Shown piece after piece: positions 36,735 through 47,348 of a stretch of 64,000 bases of DNA. How positions within the stretch are numbered: the first letter of the stretch is position 1; every line of letters starts with the position of its first letter. The stretch comes from Actinomycetota bacterium (lineage in GTDB: Bacteria; Actinomycetota; Actinomycetes; S36-B12). The DNA is taken from contig WLOY01000002.1 of NCBI GenBank assembly GCA_009699015.1, forward strand, positions 334-64,333. Reading direction: 5' to 3'. Position numbers and translations under genes: made by a program. Under the pieces are notes generated by a model. It had not been told where the DNA came from and did not search any database. It saw only the letters and a list, made by a program, of their open reading frames with translations.

Positions 36735-37388
36735 ATGACCCCTCGGCAGCGTGCCCTCATGCCAGCGATCGCACTGGCCCTGATCGCCCTTCCCCTGTCC
36801 GCCTGCTCCTCCGAGCCGCAGGGATCGGGGGGCAATGCCATCGAATCCGTCCAGCCCTCCCCCACTTCGCCCCCGGTCGACCCGGTCGTCTCCTGGGCCG
36901 ACGGCGTCTGCGGAGCAGCATTCGGCATCCGCGACAACGTCCGTGCGATCGGCGAGGACCTCGCCTTCGATCCTGTCTCGGCTGCCACCGCCGGGGATCA
37001 AATCCGGGCGAACCTCGATGCACGGAGCGAGGCGGTCGGCCGGGCGGTCGAGGACCTCGGCACGCAGATCGGCAAGGTTCCCGTCGATTCGACGCAGGCA
37101 GTGGCCCTCGCCACCGACTTCGAGGCCGAGTACGCCGCCCTCGAGCGGTCGATAGCCGAGGCTCGGACTGCGATCGAGGCTGTCACTTCGGCGGGCGACG
37201 TCATCACATTCGGCCTCAATGCCGCGGCAGCGATCGCATCCATCCGCACTGCGTCTGAGGCGACCGGGGCGCTCGCGACCACCATCGGCGAGGCCACCTC
37301 CGGCGCTCAGGGATCGGCATCCGACGCCTTCGCGTCCTCGTCGGTCTGCGTCGCGCTCACCAACGGCGACCCCATCCCCGCGGGCTGA
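36735..37388 (+). CDS. Hypothetical lipoprotein (alpha-helical, Ala-rich)
   Basis: Lipobox PLSAC after MTPRQRALMPAIALALIAL. It starts 10 nt after the helD stop, and I recognise no family. Confidence 0.55.
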   Translation: MTPRQRALMPAIALALIALPLSACSSEPQGSGGNAIESVQPSPTSPPVDPVVSWADGVCGAAFGIRDNVRAIGEDLAFDPVSAATAGDQIRANLDARSEAVGRAVEDLGTQIGKVPVDSTQAVALATDFEAEYAALERSIAEARTAIEAVTSAGDVITFGLNAAAAIASIRTASEATGALATTIGEATSGAQGSASDAFASSSVCVALTNGDPIPAG

Positions 37389-37427
37389 GCCGCCAGCCTC
37401 CCTGAGCCTGCAGCAGATCTGAGCCAC

Positions 37428-38063
37428 CTAGCCGATCGTGTAGGCGCGGAACACTGCGTAGCCGTTCCACTGCCCTTCGACCGCGGGCGCCGATGCGCGC
37501 ACATTGCAGGAGCCGCCGCGCCGCACGAGGAGTCGAGTGGCTCCGCTGGCGGTGCGCACGACCTCGCATGAGCCCCGGCCCTTCGTGACACGCCAGGTGA
37601 CGGTCTGCCCAGCGGTCGTGACGAGCCCCGGCTTCCCGAGCCGCACCCGACTCCCCGGGTTGAGCGAGCCGCTCGCGGGAGCATCCAGTGGCGCGGTCTG
37701 CCATCCGGGGGCGAGGAGGATCCGATAGGAATTGGCTGCTCCCCCGTAGCCATTGCCGGGCCGGGTCAGTGCGGTGAGGGTGCACGACCCGGCCCCGGAC
37801 TGCGCCGTGATGCGGCCCCCTGCGAGGACGCAGGGCCCGGCCACCGCGAGCTGCACCGGCATCTGGGATTCCGATGCCGCGACGAGTGCCATGGACGTGC
37901 CGTTCATGAAGGTCACCGCCCCGCCGGGCGTCCACGCTCCGGCGGCACCTACCGGGTCGACGATGATCGAGTCCTCGCTCGCGGCCGAAGCCGGACCCGC
38001 TCCCAGGAAGGCCAAGAGGATGACGCCGGCGGCGGGGATCCATGCCCGGCGAAGGTCCCGCAT
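37428..38063 (-). CDS. Secreted hypothetical protein with paired cysteines
   Basis: Signal peptide MRDLRRAWIPAAGVILLAFLGAGPASA. Cysteines are at GPCV/GSCT and GSCE/GSCN. The alternative start is 38084. Confidence 0.55.
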   Translation of the reverse strand: MRDLRRAWIPAAGVILLAFLGAGPASAASEDSIIVDPVGAAGAWTPGGAVTFMNGTSMALVAASESQMPVQLAVAGPCVLAGGRITAQSGAGSCTLTALTRPGNGYGGAANSYRILLAPGWQTAPLDAPASGSLNPGSRVRLGKPGLVTTAGQTVTWRVTKGRGSCEVVRTASGATRLLVRRGGSCNVRASAPAVEGQWNGYAVFRAYTIG

Positions 38064-38193
38064 GATGCCCCGCGACCTCAGCATGAAGGTAGCCTCTCGC
38101 ACGCGCAGATCCCCTTTCGCAGATGACCGTGTTCGCAAGGACTTCAACATGGGTGCGGGGCCCCGCACCACCAATCCTAGGTTGCGGTGCGGG

Positions 38194-39537
38194 TCATTGG
38201 GAGTCCTCGGACGTAGGCTGCGTCCTCGTCCACTTCGTGGAGATCTCCCCCAGCCGCGACCCCTCCGGCCGCTCAGTCCGAGATGGCATGGTCGCCGGGA
38301 GGACGAGTGCCGCGACCGCGAGGAACGGCAGGAACGGGAAGACGTGCCGCCCGAAGTCCAGGCCATCGACGGCCCACACGGTGAAGAGGAAGGCGATGAT
38401 CGGGACGAGTGCGATGCACAGGCCGATGACTGCCCGGAACGTGACTCGCGGGCGCACGCCGGCAAAGGCTGCGAGCAGTGCGCCCGCCACGAGCGCCGCG
38501 AGGATGAGCAGCCAGGGGCTGGGACCGGGCATGAGGAATCCGTCCACCTGCCTTGGAAAAGCCGTGTCCTGCGTCCAGCGCAGCAGGGTCAGGCCGGGCA
38601 GGTCTGCCGCGAATCCCGAGAGCGCCTGCGAGGGGATCTCGCGCACCCAGGTAGATGCGAGGGTCGCATCGGACGCGAACCAGAGGAATGCCTCCGGGCA
38701 GGCACTCGGAAGGGCGGTCTCCAGGGCCATGGTCGATGGCCACGGGGTCGGCCCGCTCAGCCCGGCCGTGACGAGTTCGCACTGCGGCATGCGCGCAAGG
38801 GCGTAGTCGCGAAATGAGGAGTCCTTCGCGACGAGGTTGTGCAGGGCGTATCGAAACGGCCAGCGATCGTGGTCAGCGACCTGCCACACCCGGTAGGCCG
38901 CGAACACGGCGAAGGGGACCATCGTCGTCATCGCTGCGAAGGCCGCCCTGCCGGACCGCTCGTATCTCCCCCACCACACGAGGATGACGATCTGCGCCAT
39001 GACCAGCGCGAGCATCGCCTGAGGCCGGACGAGGGCCAAGATCGCGATCGTCGCAGCATTGGCGACGAGCGGACCTGCCTCGCCTCGCCTCGCCGTCGAG
39101 AGCCACACCACCGAGGCGAGCCAAAGGGTTGCCGCAGTGAACATGAGGCTCTCCGAGGCCAGGGCGAGGTGGCTCGACCAGAAGACGGGCATGAACGAGA
39201 TGACGAGGACGCCGATCGCGATGAGCCAGCCGGTCCAGTGCCCCCGCATCCTGACGACCACGGCGAGGGCGAGGAGTGACGACGCTGCCGCAAACGCGAG
39301 CACCTGCACCCCCGCGATGAGCACGGGCTCATGGATCAGGGCGAACAGCAGTGCCGTGGCCACTCCGCCGTTCAAGGGTTCGAGAACTCCGGAGAAATCC
39401 AGCCACTGGGCCCCGTAGTAGCGGTAGGAGTCGTCCGTCATCACCGCAGGGGCACCCGACCAAGCCCATGCCGTGTATGCCGCGTAGGCGAGGGCCAGCA
39501 GCCCTGCGAGCCACCATGCACGTCGCGACATCGACAT
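38194..39537 (-). CDS. Polytopic integral membrane protein (possible GT-C-fold glycosyltransferase)
   Basis: 447 aa with about 10 or more hydrophobic helices. The first-loop motif TDDSYRYYG resembles the D-D/E-x-R-Y loop of ArnT/PMT-like GT-C enzymes (weak inference). Confidence 0.6.
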   Translation of the reverse strand: MSMSRRAWWLAGLLALAYAAYTAWAWSGAPAVMTDDSYRYYGAQWLDFSGVLEPLNGGVATALLFALIHEPVLIAGVQVLAFAAASSLLALAVVVRMRGHWTGWLIAIGVLVISFMPVFWSSHLALASESLMFTAATLWLASVVWLSTARRGEAGPLVANAATIAILALVRPQAMLALVMAQIVILVWWGRYERSGRAAFAAMTTMVPFAVFAAYRVWQVADHDRWPFRYALHNLVAKDSSFRDYALARMPQCELVTAGLSGPTPWPSTMALETALPSACPEAFLWFASDATLASTWVREIPSQALSGFAADLPGLTLLRWTQDTAFPRQVDGFLMPGPSPWLLILAALVAGALLAAFAGVRPRVTFRAVIGLCIALVPIIAFLFTVWAVDGLDFGRHVFPFLPFLAVAALVLPATMPSRTERPEGSRLGEISTKWTRTQPTSEDSQ

Positions 39538-39690
39538 CGCCCCCCGGAGTGGGCCGGCAGATCAGCCGGCCGCCTTCTTGGGGAGATCCCGAAAGGCTAA
39601 CCGCGACACCCGCTCGAACACGGATTTTGCGGTCGCACCTGCGGGCCCGCCGGCATCCAGAGACCTTCGGCACTCGCGAAGGCGCTCCCG

Positions 39691-40254
39691 ATGGCCCAGC
39701 CTTTGGGCATGGGGAAATGGTGGGTGGCACTCCTTGCCGCCGCGACGGGCGTCATCTTGACCGGCGTTCAGACGGTCGAGCGAATAACCCTGCTCAACGA
39801 TCCGTCAGCCGGACTCGTCTGCGACGTCAATGAGGTCCTGTCCTGCTCGCAAGTTCTCGACGCCTGGCAGTCGAGCGTGGTGCTCGGCATCCCGAATGCG
39901 TTCATCGGAGGCGCGATCTTCGCGGTCCTCGGATCCGCCGCGCTCTCGAGCATCCTGGGATCGACGCTCAGCCGGGCCTTCCTCCTCGCCATTTGGGCGC
40001 TCGCCCTCTTCTTCGGGGTCTTCGCCACCTGGTACATGCTCCAGACCGGGTTCGTGATCGGGGCACTATGCCTGTGGTGCATAGGCAACACCACCGCCGT
40101 GGGCCTCATCGGGGCAGTCCTCACGCACGCTGTCGCAAAGGCCGGGCATCTGGGTGCATGGGCCAGTACGGCCGCGGATGCCGGACTCGACGTCATGGTC
40201 TGGCTCGGTTGGTGGCTTGCGCTCGCCGCCCTCGTCGCCATCGCCCTCATCTGA
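39691..40254 (+). CDS. Vitamin K epoxide reductase (VKOR) family protein
   Basis: Four TM helices, a loop cysteine pair (VCDVNEVLSC) and the active-site motif CLWC. Confidence 0.8.
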   Translation: MAQPLGMGKWWVALLAAATGVILTGVQTVERITLLNDPSAGLVCDVNEVLSCSQVLDAWQSSVVLGIPNAFIGGAIFAVLGSAALSSILGSTLSRAFLLAIWALALFFGVFATWYMLQTGFVIGALCLWCIGNTTAVGLIGAVLTHAVAKAGHLGAWASTAADAGLDVMVWLGWWLALAALVAIALI

Positions 40255-40281
40255 CGGGCCCGCGCCCGCGCCCGCCGCGAA

Positions 40282-40566
40282 CTAGTTCGAGGAGTTGTAA
40301 CGGCCCTGGGCGGCGCGGCTTCCATAACTGCTCAGGTCGAACAGCAGGCCGAGGACCACGACCGCCCAGCCCACGCCGGTCACCCCGCCTGCAGGCGACC
40401 ATGCGAGGACGTAACCCAGTGCGGTCCACGGGAGCAACAGGACGCCGAGGAGCGGGAGCCAGAATCCACCGGCGAATGCCTCGGTGACCCGAGAGGTGAA
40501 GATCCATGCGTACAGGAACGCCAGCCGCGGGCCGAGGAACGCGAGGATGAAGACGAAGCAGCACAT
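40282..40566 (-). CDS. Small hydrophobic membrane protein (hypothetical)
   Basis: 94 aa with three predicted TM segments and GC3-rich coding. I recognise no family. Confidence 0.5.
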   Translation of the reverse strand: MCCFVFILAFLGPRLAFLYAWIFTSRVTEAFAGGFWLPLLGVLLLPWTALGYVLAWSPAGGVTGVGWAVVVLGLLFDLSSYGSRAAQGRYNSSN

Positions 40567-40645
40567 GACTGCACACTAAGCGACGACAAGGCCGGACGCC
40601 ACGCTTCTTGCTCAAGGGTGTCGTGAGCGCCGTGGCACCAGTGCG

Positions 40646-42361
40646 ATGATCCGTGACGTGACCGCAAACGCCTCGCTTGTCGACCTGCCCAATCGCCGCG
40701 TCGTTCGGCGGGCACCGAGCACCGTCGGGCTCATCGGCGCCGCCTTCGGCTATGCCGCCGCCCTCACTCCGTCGCTCCTCCCCCACGCCCTCACCTTCCT
40801 CCTCCTTCTCACAGCGCTCGGCACGCTGGCCGGCTACGCAATCGGGGCCACTGCCAGCTGGGCCGCGAACAAGATCCCGTGGGTGCGCCGCCACCATCCG
40901 AGGCGCTGGATCCAGTTCGCGATCGTCGCGGTGACCTGGCTGCCCGCACTCGTCTTCACCCCGGTTTCCGTCGGCTGGCAGGCCGAGCAGCAGAGCGCGC
41001 TGGACATGCCGTCAACCCTGCCCGGCACCGTGACGGTCGTCGCCGTCACCGCCGTGGTCGCGGCGCTGCTCCTCATCGCCGGACGCTCGATCCGACTCGC
41101 GACGAACAAGATCGCTGCCCTCCTCACCCGCCGCGGCCCCTTGCACGGCTGGGTCTCGCGTCGCCAGCCGAGCCATGTCCACCGATCGGTACTCGCCGTC
41201 CGGGTCGCCGTCGCAGGAGTCCTCATCGTCGCCGGGTTCGTCGCGATCCAGGTGGGCCTGGGCCTGCTCATCTCCTCCTATGACGCAGAGAACGCAGGCG
41301 CCTCCGGGCAGTCTCCCGCACGCGTGGGTGCCAACAGCGGCAGTCCCGACAGTCTCGCCCCATGGTCGACGCTGGGGCGGGAGGGCCGGTTCTACGTCTC
41401 CAATGCCATGGCCCCCGCCGCGATCGAGGCAGTGACCGAGGAGCCGGCCGAGGTTCCCGTACGCGTCTATGTCGGCATGCAGCAGGGCCAGACACCCGCC
41501 GAGCGCAGCGACCTCGCGGTCGCGGAACTCGATCGCGTTGGCGCCTGGGACCGCGAGTACCTCGCGATCATGGCCGCCACCGGCACCGGGTGGATCGACC
41601 CCGACGCCATCAACTCCATGGAGATCGTCACCGGGGGCGATGTCACGAGCGTGGCCGTCCAGTACTCGGCCGTTCCGAGCTGGATCGGCTTCGTCGTCGA
41701 TCCCGAGACGACCCAGGTGCAGAACGACAGCACCGTGAACGCGATCCTCGCCGCCTGGCGAGCGAAGCCGGAGGGCGAGCGGCCCACGCTCATCTTGTTC
41801 GGAGAGTCCCTGGGCGCCTTCGGGAGCCAGGCCGCCTGGCCCGAGGGCTCGACCCCGGAGGAGGTCACCGCCGAGATCAAGCACATCGTCTGGATCGGGC
41901 CTCCCTCCCAGTCGCGGCTGTGGAAGCAGTGGCAGGCAGACCGCACGGCGGGCCCGATGTGGCAGCCAGTCATCGGTGACTCAGCCATCGCGCGCACGTA
42001 CATCAGCGATGTCGAACTCGAGCAGGCCATCCCGAGCGAGGGACCCGTCATCACCTTCTCCGCCCACCCGAACGACCCGGTCGTCTACTGGAGCCCCGAC
42101 CTGCTCCTGCAGAAGCCGGACTGGCTCGATCAACCGCTCGGCCCCGGGGTCGATCCGCACATGCGGTGGTTCCCGGTCATCACCTACCTGCAGGTGGGCA
42201 TGGACCTCATCAGCGGCGGCGCGCCGCCGGAGGTCGGTCACAACTACGCTGCGGACGCCGGCCCGGCGATCGCCCTCACGGTCAATCCAGCGGGCTGGAC
42301 GCCGGCCAAGACACAGTCGCTCGTCAAGGCGCTGCCGTCACTTCACTACGAAACGGGGTGA
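40646..42361 (+). CDS. Membrane-anchored alpha/beta-hydrolase family protein (Abhydrolase_9-like)
   Basis: N-terminal multi-TM region plus a C-terminal catalytic domain with [10 protein letters not shown] (G-x-S-x-G). Confidence 0.7.
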   Translation: MIRDVTANASLVDLPNRRVVRRAPSTVGLIGAAFGYAAALTPSLLPHALTFLLLLTALGTLAGYAIGATASWAANKIPWVRRHHPRRWIQFAIVAVTWLPALVFTPVSVGWQAEQQSALDMPSTLPGTVTVVAVTAVVAALLLIAGRSIRLATNKIAALLTRRGPLHGWVSRRQPSHVHRSVLAVRVAVAGVLIVAGFVAIQVGLGLLISSYDAENAGASGQSPARVGANSGSPDSLAPWSTLGREGRFYVSNAMAPAAIEAVTEEPAEVPVRVYVGMQQGQTPAERSDLAVAELDRVGAWDREYLAIMAATGTGWIDPDAINSMEIVTGGDVTSVAVQYSAVPSWIGFVVDPETTQVQNDSTVNAILAAWRAKPEGERPTLILFGESLGAFGSQAAWPEGSTPEEVTAEIKHIVWIGPPSQSRLWKQWQADRTAGPMWQPVIGDSAIARTYISDVELEQAIPSEGPVITFSAHPNDPVVYWSPDLLLQKPDWLDQPLGPGVDPHMRWFPVITYLQVGMDLISGGAPPEVGHNYAADAGPAIALTVNPAGWTPAKTQSLVKALPSLHYETG

Positions 42362-44687
42362 CCTGCTCCGTCTTGGGGGCGGTACCGATGGACGAGTGAA
42401 AACGTCGAAGCCGCAGGCTGTTCGTGACGACGAACACCGAGCTGAAGGCCATCGCTGCACCGGCGATGAGGGGGTTGAGCAGTCCCGCTGCCGCCAGTGG
42501 GATCGCCGCGACGTTGTAGGCGAAGGCCCAGAACAGGTTGCCCTTGATCACGGCTAGTGTGCGCCGGGAGAGCCTTATGGAGTCGGCCGCTGACCTTAGG
42601 TCACCCCGAACGAGGGTGATGTCGCTCGCCTCGATTGCGACATCGGCCCCCGTTCCCATGGCCATCCCGAGGTCAGCCTGGGCCAGCGCAGCCGCATCAT
42701 TCACGCCGTCGCCGACCATCGCGACGACGCGACCCTGCGCCTGAAGCATGCGCACGACATCGACCTTCGCAGCCGGGAGCACTCCGGCGATGACGTACGC
42801 GCCGTCGATTCCCAGCGCCGACGCGACCGCATGGGCGGTCCGCTCGTTGTCACCGGTGAGGAGGTAGGGCGTGAGCGAGAGCGCGCGCAGGGCATCGACG
42901 CCGGCCCGGCTCTCCGGCTTCAGGTCATCAGCAACGGCCATGACCGCGCGCACCCCGCCGCTCCAGCCGACCATGACCGCCGTCTGCCCGAGTCCCTGGG
43001 CGGAATCCTGCGCCGCCCGCATCGAGGCAGGGATCACGCAGCCATGCTGCTCGACGTAGGAAGCCTGCCCGACGCTCACCCGCAGGCCATCGACCATGCC
43101 GGTCGCTCCGAGCCCTGGCGTGCTCTCGAATCCGGTGACGCCCGGAAGCCCGCCGGCCTCGCTCGCGGCGGCCCCGGCGATCGCCTGGGCGACGGGATGC
43201 TCGGACGCCGCCTCGACACCACCGGCAAAGCGCAGGGCGTCTTCCCTCGCAGCGCCAGCTTCGGTGATGACGTCGATGAGCACCATGCGGCCCATCGTCA
43301 CCGTGCCGGTCTTGTCCATGATGATCGTGTCGACGCGGCGGGTTGACTCCAGAATCTGCGGGCCCTTGATGAGGATGCCGAGTTGCGCGCCCCTCCCGGT
43401 GCCGACGAGGAGGGCGGTCGGGGTCGCGAGGCCAAGGGCGCACGGGCAGGCGATGATGAGGACGGCCACGGCCGCGGTGAACGCTTGGGCCGCGCCGGCA
43501 CCGCTCATGAGCCATCCGGCCAGCGTGGCGAGCGCGAGGACGAGGACGACGGGCACGAATACTGTCGCGATGCGATCGGCGAGCCGCTGGACCGGGGCCT
43601 TGCCCGACTGCGCCGCGGTCACGAGCCGGGCGATCTGCGCGAGTGCGGTATCGGCGCCCACGCGAGTCGCGCGGACCACGAGTCGTCCGCCCGCGTTCAC
43701 GGTGGCGCCGAAGACGTCGTCGCCGGGACCGACCTCGACCGGAACCGACTCGCCGGTGAGGAGCGACGTGTCGACAGCCGAGGCCCCCTCCTCGACAACG
43801 CCATCGGTGGCGACCTTCTCCCCGGGCCGGACGATGAACAGGTCGCCGACGACGAGGTCCCCGATCGGCAGGCGAACCTCGCCTCCGGATCGCAGGACGA
43901 CCACCTCCTTGGCCCCGAGCCTGAGCAGGGCCTCGAGGGCGGCTCCTGACCGCGACTTCGCCCGAGCCTCAAGGTAGCGGCCGAGGAGGATGAGGGTCGT
44001 GACGCCAGCCGCGACCTCGAGGTAGATCATCGGCCCCGAGGTCGCCGATGACGTCCACTCGAAGGGCATGTGCATCCCGGGGACACCCGCTCCCCCGAGG
44101 AAGAGCGCCCACAACGACCAGGCGAATGCCGAGAGGACCCCGATGGAGATGAGCGTGTCCATCGTGACCGCGCCATGGCGGGCATTCATCACGGTGGCCC
44201 GATGGATCGGCCAGGCTCCCCACACGACCACGGGTGCGGCAAGGGTGAGGGACAGCCACTGCCAGAAGTCGAACTGGAGGAACGGCACCATGGCTAGGGC
44301 AACCACCGGCGCAGTGAGGGCAACGCAGATGAGGAGGCGTGACCGCAGTTCGCGCGCCGCTGCGCAGGCGGGTTCGCCCCCCGTGCCGTCCTGGGATTCC
44401 TCGGAGCCCGAGGTCGGCAGTCCGACGTTCTCGCCTTCGGGCGCTGGGAGCCGCGCGGAGTAGCCGGTGGCCTCGACCTGCTCGATGAGTTGGTCAGCGC
44501 TCACGGTGTCGGGCTCGAATTCGACCGTCGCGGTGCCGGTTGCGTAGTTGACCGAGGCGACGACCCCGGGCAGGCGATTCAGCTTGCGCTCGATCCTCAT
44601 CGCGCAGGAGGCGCACGTCATTCCGCCGACGGCGATGTCGAGGTGTCGCATTCGCCCCTCCCCTTCGTGCTCGCGAACCGACGTCAC
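42324..44687 (-). CDS. copA: Copper-translocating P1B-type ATPase
   Basis: N-terminal HMA motif GMTCASC, TM motif CPC ([13 protein letters not shown]), DKTGT and [10 protein letters not shown] are present. The start overlaps the copZ stop. Confidence 0.9.
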   Translation of the reverse strand: MTSVREHEGEGRMRHLDIAVGGMTCASCAMRIERKLNRLPGVVASVNYATGTATVEFEPDTVSADQLIEQVEATGYSARLPAPEGENVGLPTSGSEESQDGTGGEPACAAARELRSRLLICVALTAPVVALAMVPFLQFDFWQWLSLTLAAPVVVWGAWPIHRATVMNARHGAVTMDTLISIGVLSAFAWSLWALFLGGAGVPGMHMPFEWTSSATSGPMIYLEVAAGVTTLILLGRYLEARAKSRSGAALEALLRLGAKEVVVLRSGGEVRLPIGDLVVGDLFIVRPGEKVATDGVVEEGASAVDTSLLTGESVPVEVGPGDDVFGATVNAGGRLVVRATRVGADTALAQIARLVTAAQSGKAPVQRLADRIATVFVPVVLVLALATLAGWLMSGAGAAQAFTAAVAVLIIACPCALGLATPTALLVGTGRGAQLGILIKGPQILESTRRVDTIIMDKTGTVTMGRMVLIDVITEAGAAREDALRFAGGVEAASEHPVAQAIAGAAASEAGGLPGVTGFESTPGLGATGMVDGLRVSVGQASYVEQHGCVIPASMRAAQDSAQGLGQTAVMVGWSGGVRAVMAVADDLKPESRAGVDALRALSLTPYLLTGDNERTAHAVASALGIDGAYVIAGVLPAAKVDVVRMLQAQGRVVAMVGDGVNDAAALAQADLGMAMGTGADVAIEASDITLVRGDLRSAADSIRLSRRTLAVIKGNLFWAFAYNVAAIPLAAAGLLNPLIAGAAMAFSSVFVVTNSLRLRRFHSSIGTAPKTEQVTPFRSEVTAAP

Positions 44688-44890
44688 ACGAGCACGTAGC
44701 CGGCCTCGTCAACCGCGTCTGCCAGGGCCTGCCGAGAAGCATCTCCGGTGACCGTCAGCATCCCTTGCTCCAAGTCGACGATGGCATCGGATATTCCCGG
44801 CACCTTGCGCACCTCGGTCGTCACCGCCGCAACGCAGTGCTCGCAGGTCATTCCCTCGACAGCGTAGGTGCGGGTCGTCATGTCCGTCAT
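44684..44890 (-). CDS. copZ: Copper chaperone CopZ (heavy-metal-associated domain)
   Basis: 68 aa with GMTCEHC, preceded by the RBS GGGAGGAGA. This is the internal part of track ORF 44684..45325. Confidence 0.85.
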   Translation of the reverse strand: MTDMTTRTYAVEGMTCEHCVAAVTTEVRKVPGISDAIVDLEQGMLTVTGDASRQALADAVDEAGYVLV

Positions 44891-44936
44891 TCTCCTCCCG
44901 ATCGTTCCCCGGAGGCACCTGCCCGCGTGCGTGCAC

Positions 44937-45680
44937 CTAAGGCACTCGCGTGCCCATGAGCGGCCGCAACCCGAGCGCTGCCCAAGGCGATTCTCCAATG
45001 AGCCCGCCCGCAGGCGTGATCGATGGCAGGCCGAGCATCCCGAGCGCGCTTGCGACCAACACATCGAGCACCGTCTCACGGGTCGACTCCGGCGACCGGT
45101 CGCCGCAGGCCCACCGATAGATGGCGAATTCCCTGCCCTCGACGTCGCCGTGTCCCCCACCCGGGACGAGGACCCCGAACACTCCGTCGCGCCGCGGACG
45201 CAGCCAGTCTGCGAGGCCGCCTTGTCGGTTGCACCGGCTCGGCTCGGCGCAGACATCGAACACCGGCAGATGCGCCACCTGCGACCAGGCTCCCGCAATG
45301 AGGCGGGTCGGGGACTCGACGCCATCCGCGTAGACGAGGCCCCGCATGTCGACGCCGCGGCCGATGAGCTCCGCGGCCATCCAGGTCCCGGCTGCGGCGC
45401 CGGCCGAGTGCCCGATCACGACCCAGCGCAGGGCTGGGTCGAGGCCAATCCCGTGGATCTCGTCGACAATGATCGCGAGGGCACTGGCGCGGCTCATTGC
45501 CGTGCGCGGCGAAAGCGCCCCGAGCCGCGGCCGGATGACCGTGAGCCCCTCATCGGCCAATCGATCGGTGAGCGCCTGCAGCCGTTCCGGGGAGCGGGTG
45601 AATCCGTGCACCAGGAGAACCGCGCCACGAGCAAGGGGCGCGCGGTCGATGACGATCCTCCCGTCAGACGACGTGGACAT
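44937..45680 (-). CDS. Alpha/beta hydrolase
   Basis: Internal start MSTSSDGR. LLVHGF and the nucleophile elbow GHSAG are present. Confidence 0.7.
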   Translation of the reverse strand: MSTSSDGRIVIDRAPLARGAVLLVHGFTRSPERLQALTDRLADEGLTVIRPRLGALSPRTAMSRASALAIIVDEIHGIGLDPALRWVVIGHSAGAAAGTWMAAELIGRGVDMRGLVYADGVESPTRLIAGAWSQVAHLPVFDVCAEPSRCNRQGGLADWLRPRRDGVFGVLVPGGGHGDVEGREFAIYRWACGDRSPESTRETVLDVLVASALGMLGLPSITPAGGLIGESPWAALGLRPLMGTRVP

Positions 45681-45728
45681 CACGCTGCGATGGTGCCATA
45701 CCTGCCCCTTTGGCCATAGCCTTGGCGA

Positions 45729-47318
45729 ATGACCGAGCCGACCTCCGCGCCTCACACGGCCCCGACGACACCCGCGGCGCCCGCAGCCAGCCGCCCCATG
45801 ACCCTGCCGTTGAGCGTACGCACGACCACCGTGGCCCAGCGGGAGGCAGCCGGGCGCGCGGCACGCGACCGCCGTGCGAGGACGAGCATCGGGCAGTTCG
45901 CTCCCAGCCCCGACCGTGCCAATCCCGTCGCGCTCCTCGCCGGGCAGGAGCTCATCCGAGCCCAGCCGCTCCTGCCCTTGCGCCACGCCAGGATGTCGGT
46001 GTCACCGTTCACCTTCTACCGGGGCAGCGCCGGCATCATGACGGCCGACCTCGCATCGATGTCGAGCTCGGGCCTGGTGACCCAGCTCTGCGGCGACGCC
46101 CACCTTTCGAACTTCGGCATGTTCGCAGCCCCCGACCGCAGCCTCATCTTCGACATCAATGACTTCGACGAGACGAATCCCGGGCCTTTCGAGTGGGATG
46201 TCCTGCGGCTCGCAACCTCCTTCGTCCTCGCCGGTCGCGACCTCGATCTCCCGAACGACACGATCGCAGCGGCGGCCGAGGTCGCCGGTTCCGCCTACCG
46301 CACGCAGATGCAGGTCTACGCCGGCATGCCGGACCTCGGCATCTGGTACGACCGGGTGAGCGTCGAAATGCTGTCCGAGTGGGCTTCCGCACAGGGCGAT
46401 TCGCGTACCCAGCGGATCATCACCCGAAGCGTGACGAAGGCCCGGACCCGTGATGCGTGGTCCGCCGTCTCCAAGCTGACGGAGGTCGTCGACGGCAAGC
46501 GTCAGTTCAAGGACCTCCCGCCGCTCCTCATGAGGATTCCCCTCGACGACTCGCTCATCACGCAGATCAACGACCTCTTCGTGCAGTACCGCACGACCCT
46601 GCCCCGCGATCGGCAGTCCTTGCTTCGCCGGTACCAGGTGCGCGACTTCGGACACAAGGTCGTGGGCGTCGGGAGCGTTGGCCTCCTCGCATTCGTCATC
46701 CTCCTCGAAGGCCGTGACGAGAACGACCTGCTCGTCCTGCAGGTGAAGCAGGCAGTGCAAAGCGTCCTCGAGCCTGTCACCGCGCCCTCGGTGTACGCCA
46801 CGGGCGGCGAGCGGGTGGTCGTCGGGCAGCAGCTCATGCAGGCCGCATCAGATTCGTTCCTCGGATGGATCACCGGACCGGGGGGTCGCCAGTACTACGT
46901 ACGCCAGCTACGCGACATGAAGTTCGCCCCGGATCCCTCGCGGTTCACGAGCGAGACCCTCACCTCTTATGCCAGCATCTGCGGACGCACCCTCGCGCGA
47001 GCTCACGCGAGGGCCGGGGATGCGGTGATGATCGGGTCGTACCTCGGCACGAGCACCAAGTTCGACCGAGCAGTCCGGGACTTCTCGCTCGCCTACGCAG
47101 ATCAGGTCGCGGCGGACTACGTCGAGTACCGCGCCGGCATCGACAGCGGGGCCATCTCAGTCGCCGCAGACAGCGACACGTTCGACCACCGATTCGTGAC
47201 GCAGCCGACGGGCGCCCTTGTCATGACCGGGCCCGTCCACGAATCAAGCCAGCCCACAGAACAGGTCGTGGCACCCCCTGTCGACGAGCAGGCACCGCCC
47301 CAGGGGAGCGCTACCTGA
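45729..47318 (+). CDS. DUF2252 domain protein
   Basis: PFTFYRGSA, CGDAHLSNFG and IFDINDFDET motifs are characteristic of DUF2252. Confidence 0.8.
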   Translation: MTEPTSAPHTAPTTPAAPAASRPMTLPLSVRTTTVAQREAAGRAARDRRARTSIGQFAPSPDRANPVALLAGQELIRAQPLLPLRHARMSVSPFTFYRGSAGIMTADLASMSSSGLVTQLCGDAHLSNFGMFAAPDRSLIFDINDFDETNPGPFEWDVLRLATSFVLAGRDLDLPNDTIAAAAEVAGSAYRTQMQVYAGMPDLGIWYDRVSVEMLSEWASAQGDSRTQRIITRSVTKARTRDAWSAVSKLTEVVDGKRQFKDLPPLLMRIPLDDSLITQINDLFVQYRTTLPRDRQSLLRRYQVRDFGHKVVGVGSVGLLAFVILLEGRDENDLLVLQVKQAVQSVLEPVTAPSVYATGGERVVVGQQLMQAASDSFLGWITGPGGRQYYVRQLRDMKFAPDPSRFTSETLTSYASICGRTLARAHARAGDAVMIGSYLGTSTKFDRAVRDFSLAYADQVAADYVEYRAGIDSGAISVAADSDTFDHRFVTQPTGALVMTGPVHESSQPTEQVVAPPVDEQAPPQGSAT

Positions 47319-47348
47319 CCACCGAAGCCGCTCGGTCAGCGAAGCCAC

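Noticed and set aside
40279-40288. GAACTAGTTC palindrome resembling a Gram-positive SOS (Cheo) box
   Set aside because: The Cheo/actinobacterial LexA box is GAAC-N4-GTTC, whereas this has only 2 central nt. It also spans the stop codon between two convergent genes rather than a promoter.
44891-44936. Absence of csoR interpreted as a novel copper regulatory arrangement
   Set aside because: A regulator encoded elsewhere in the genome is an equally good explanation and cannot be excluded from a 64-kb window. It is kept only as a low-interest finding.
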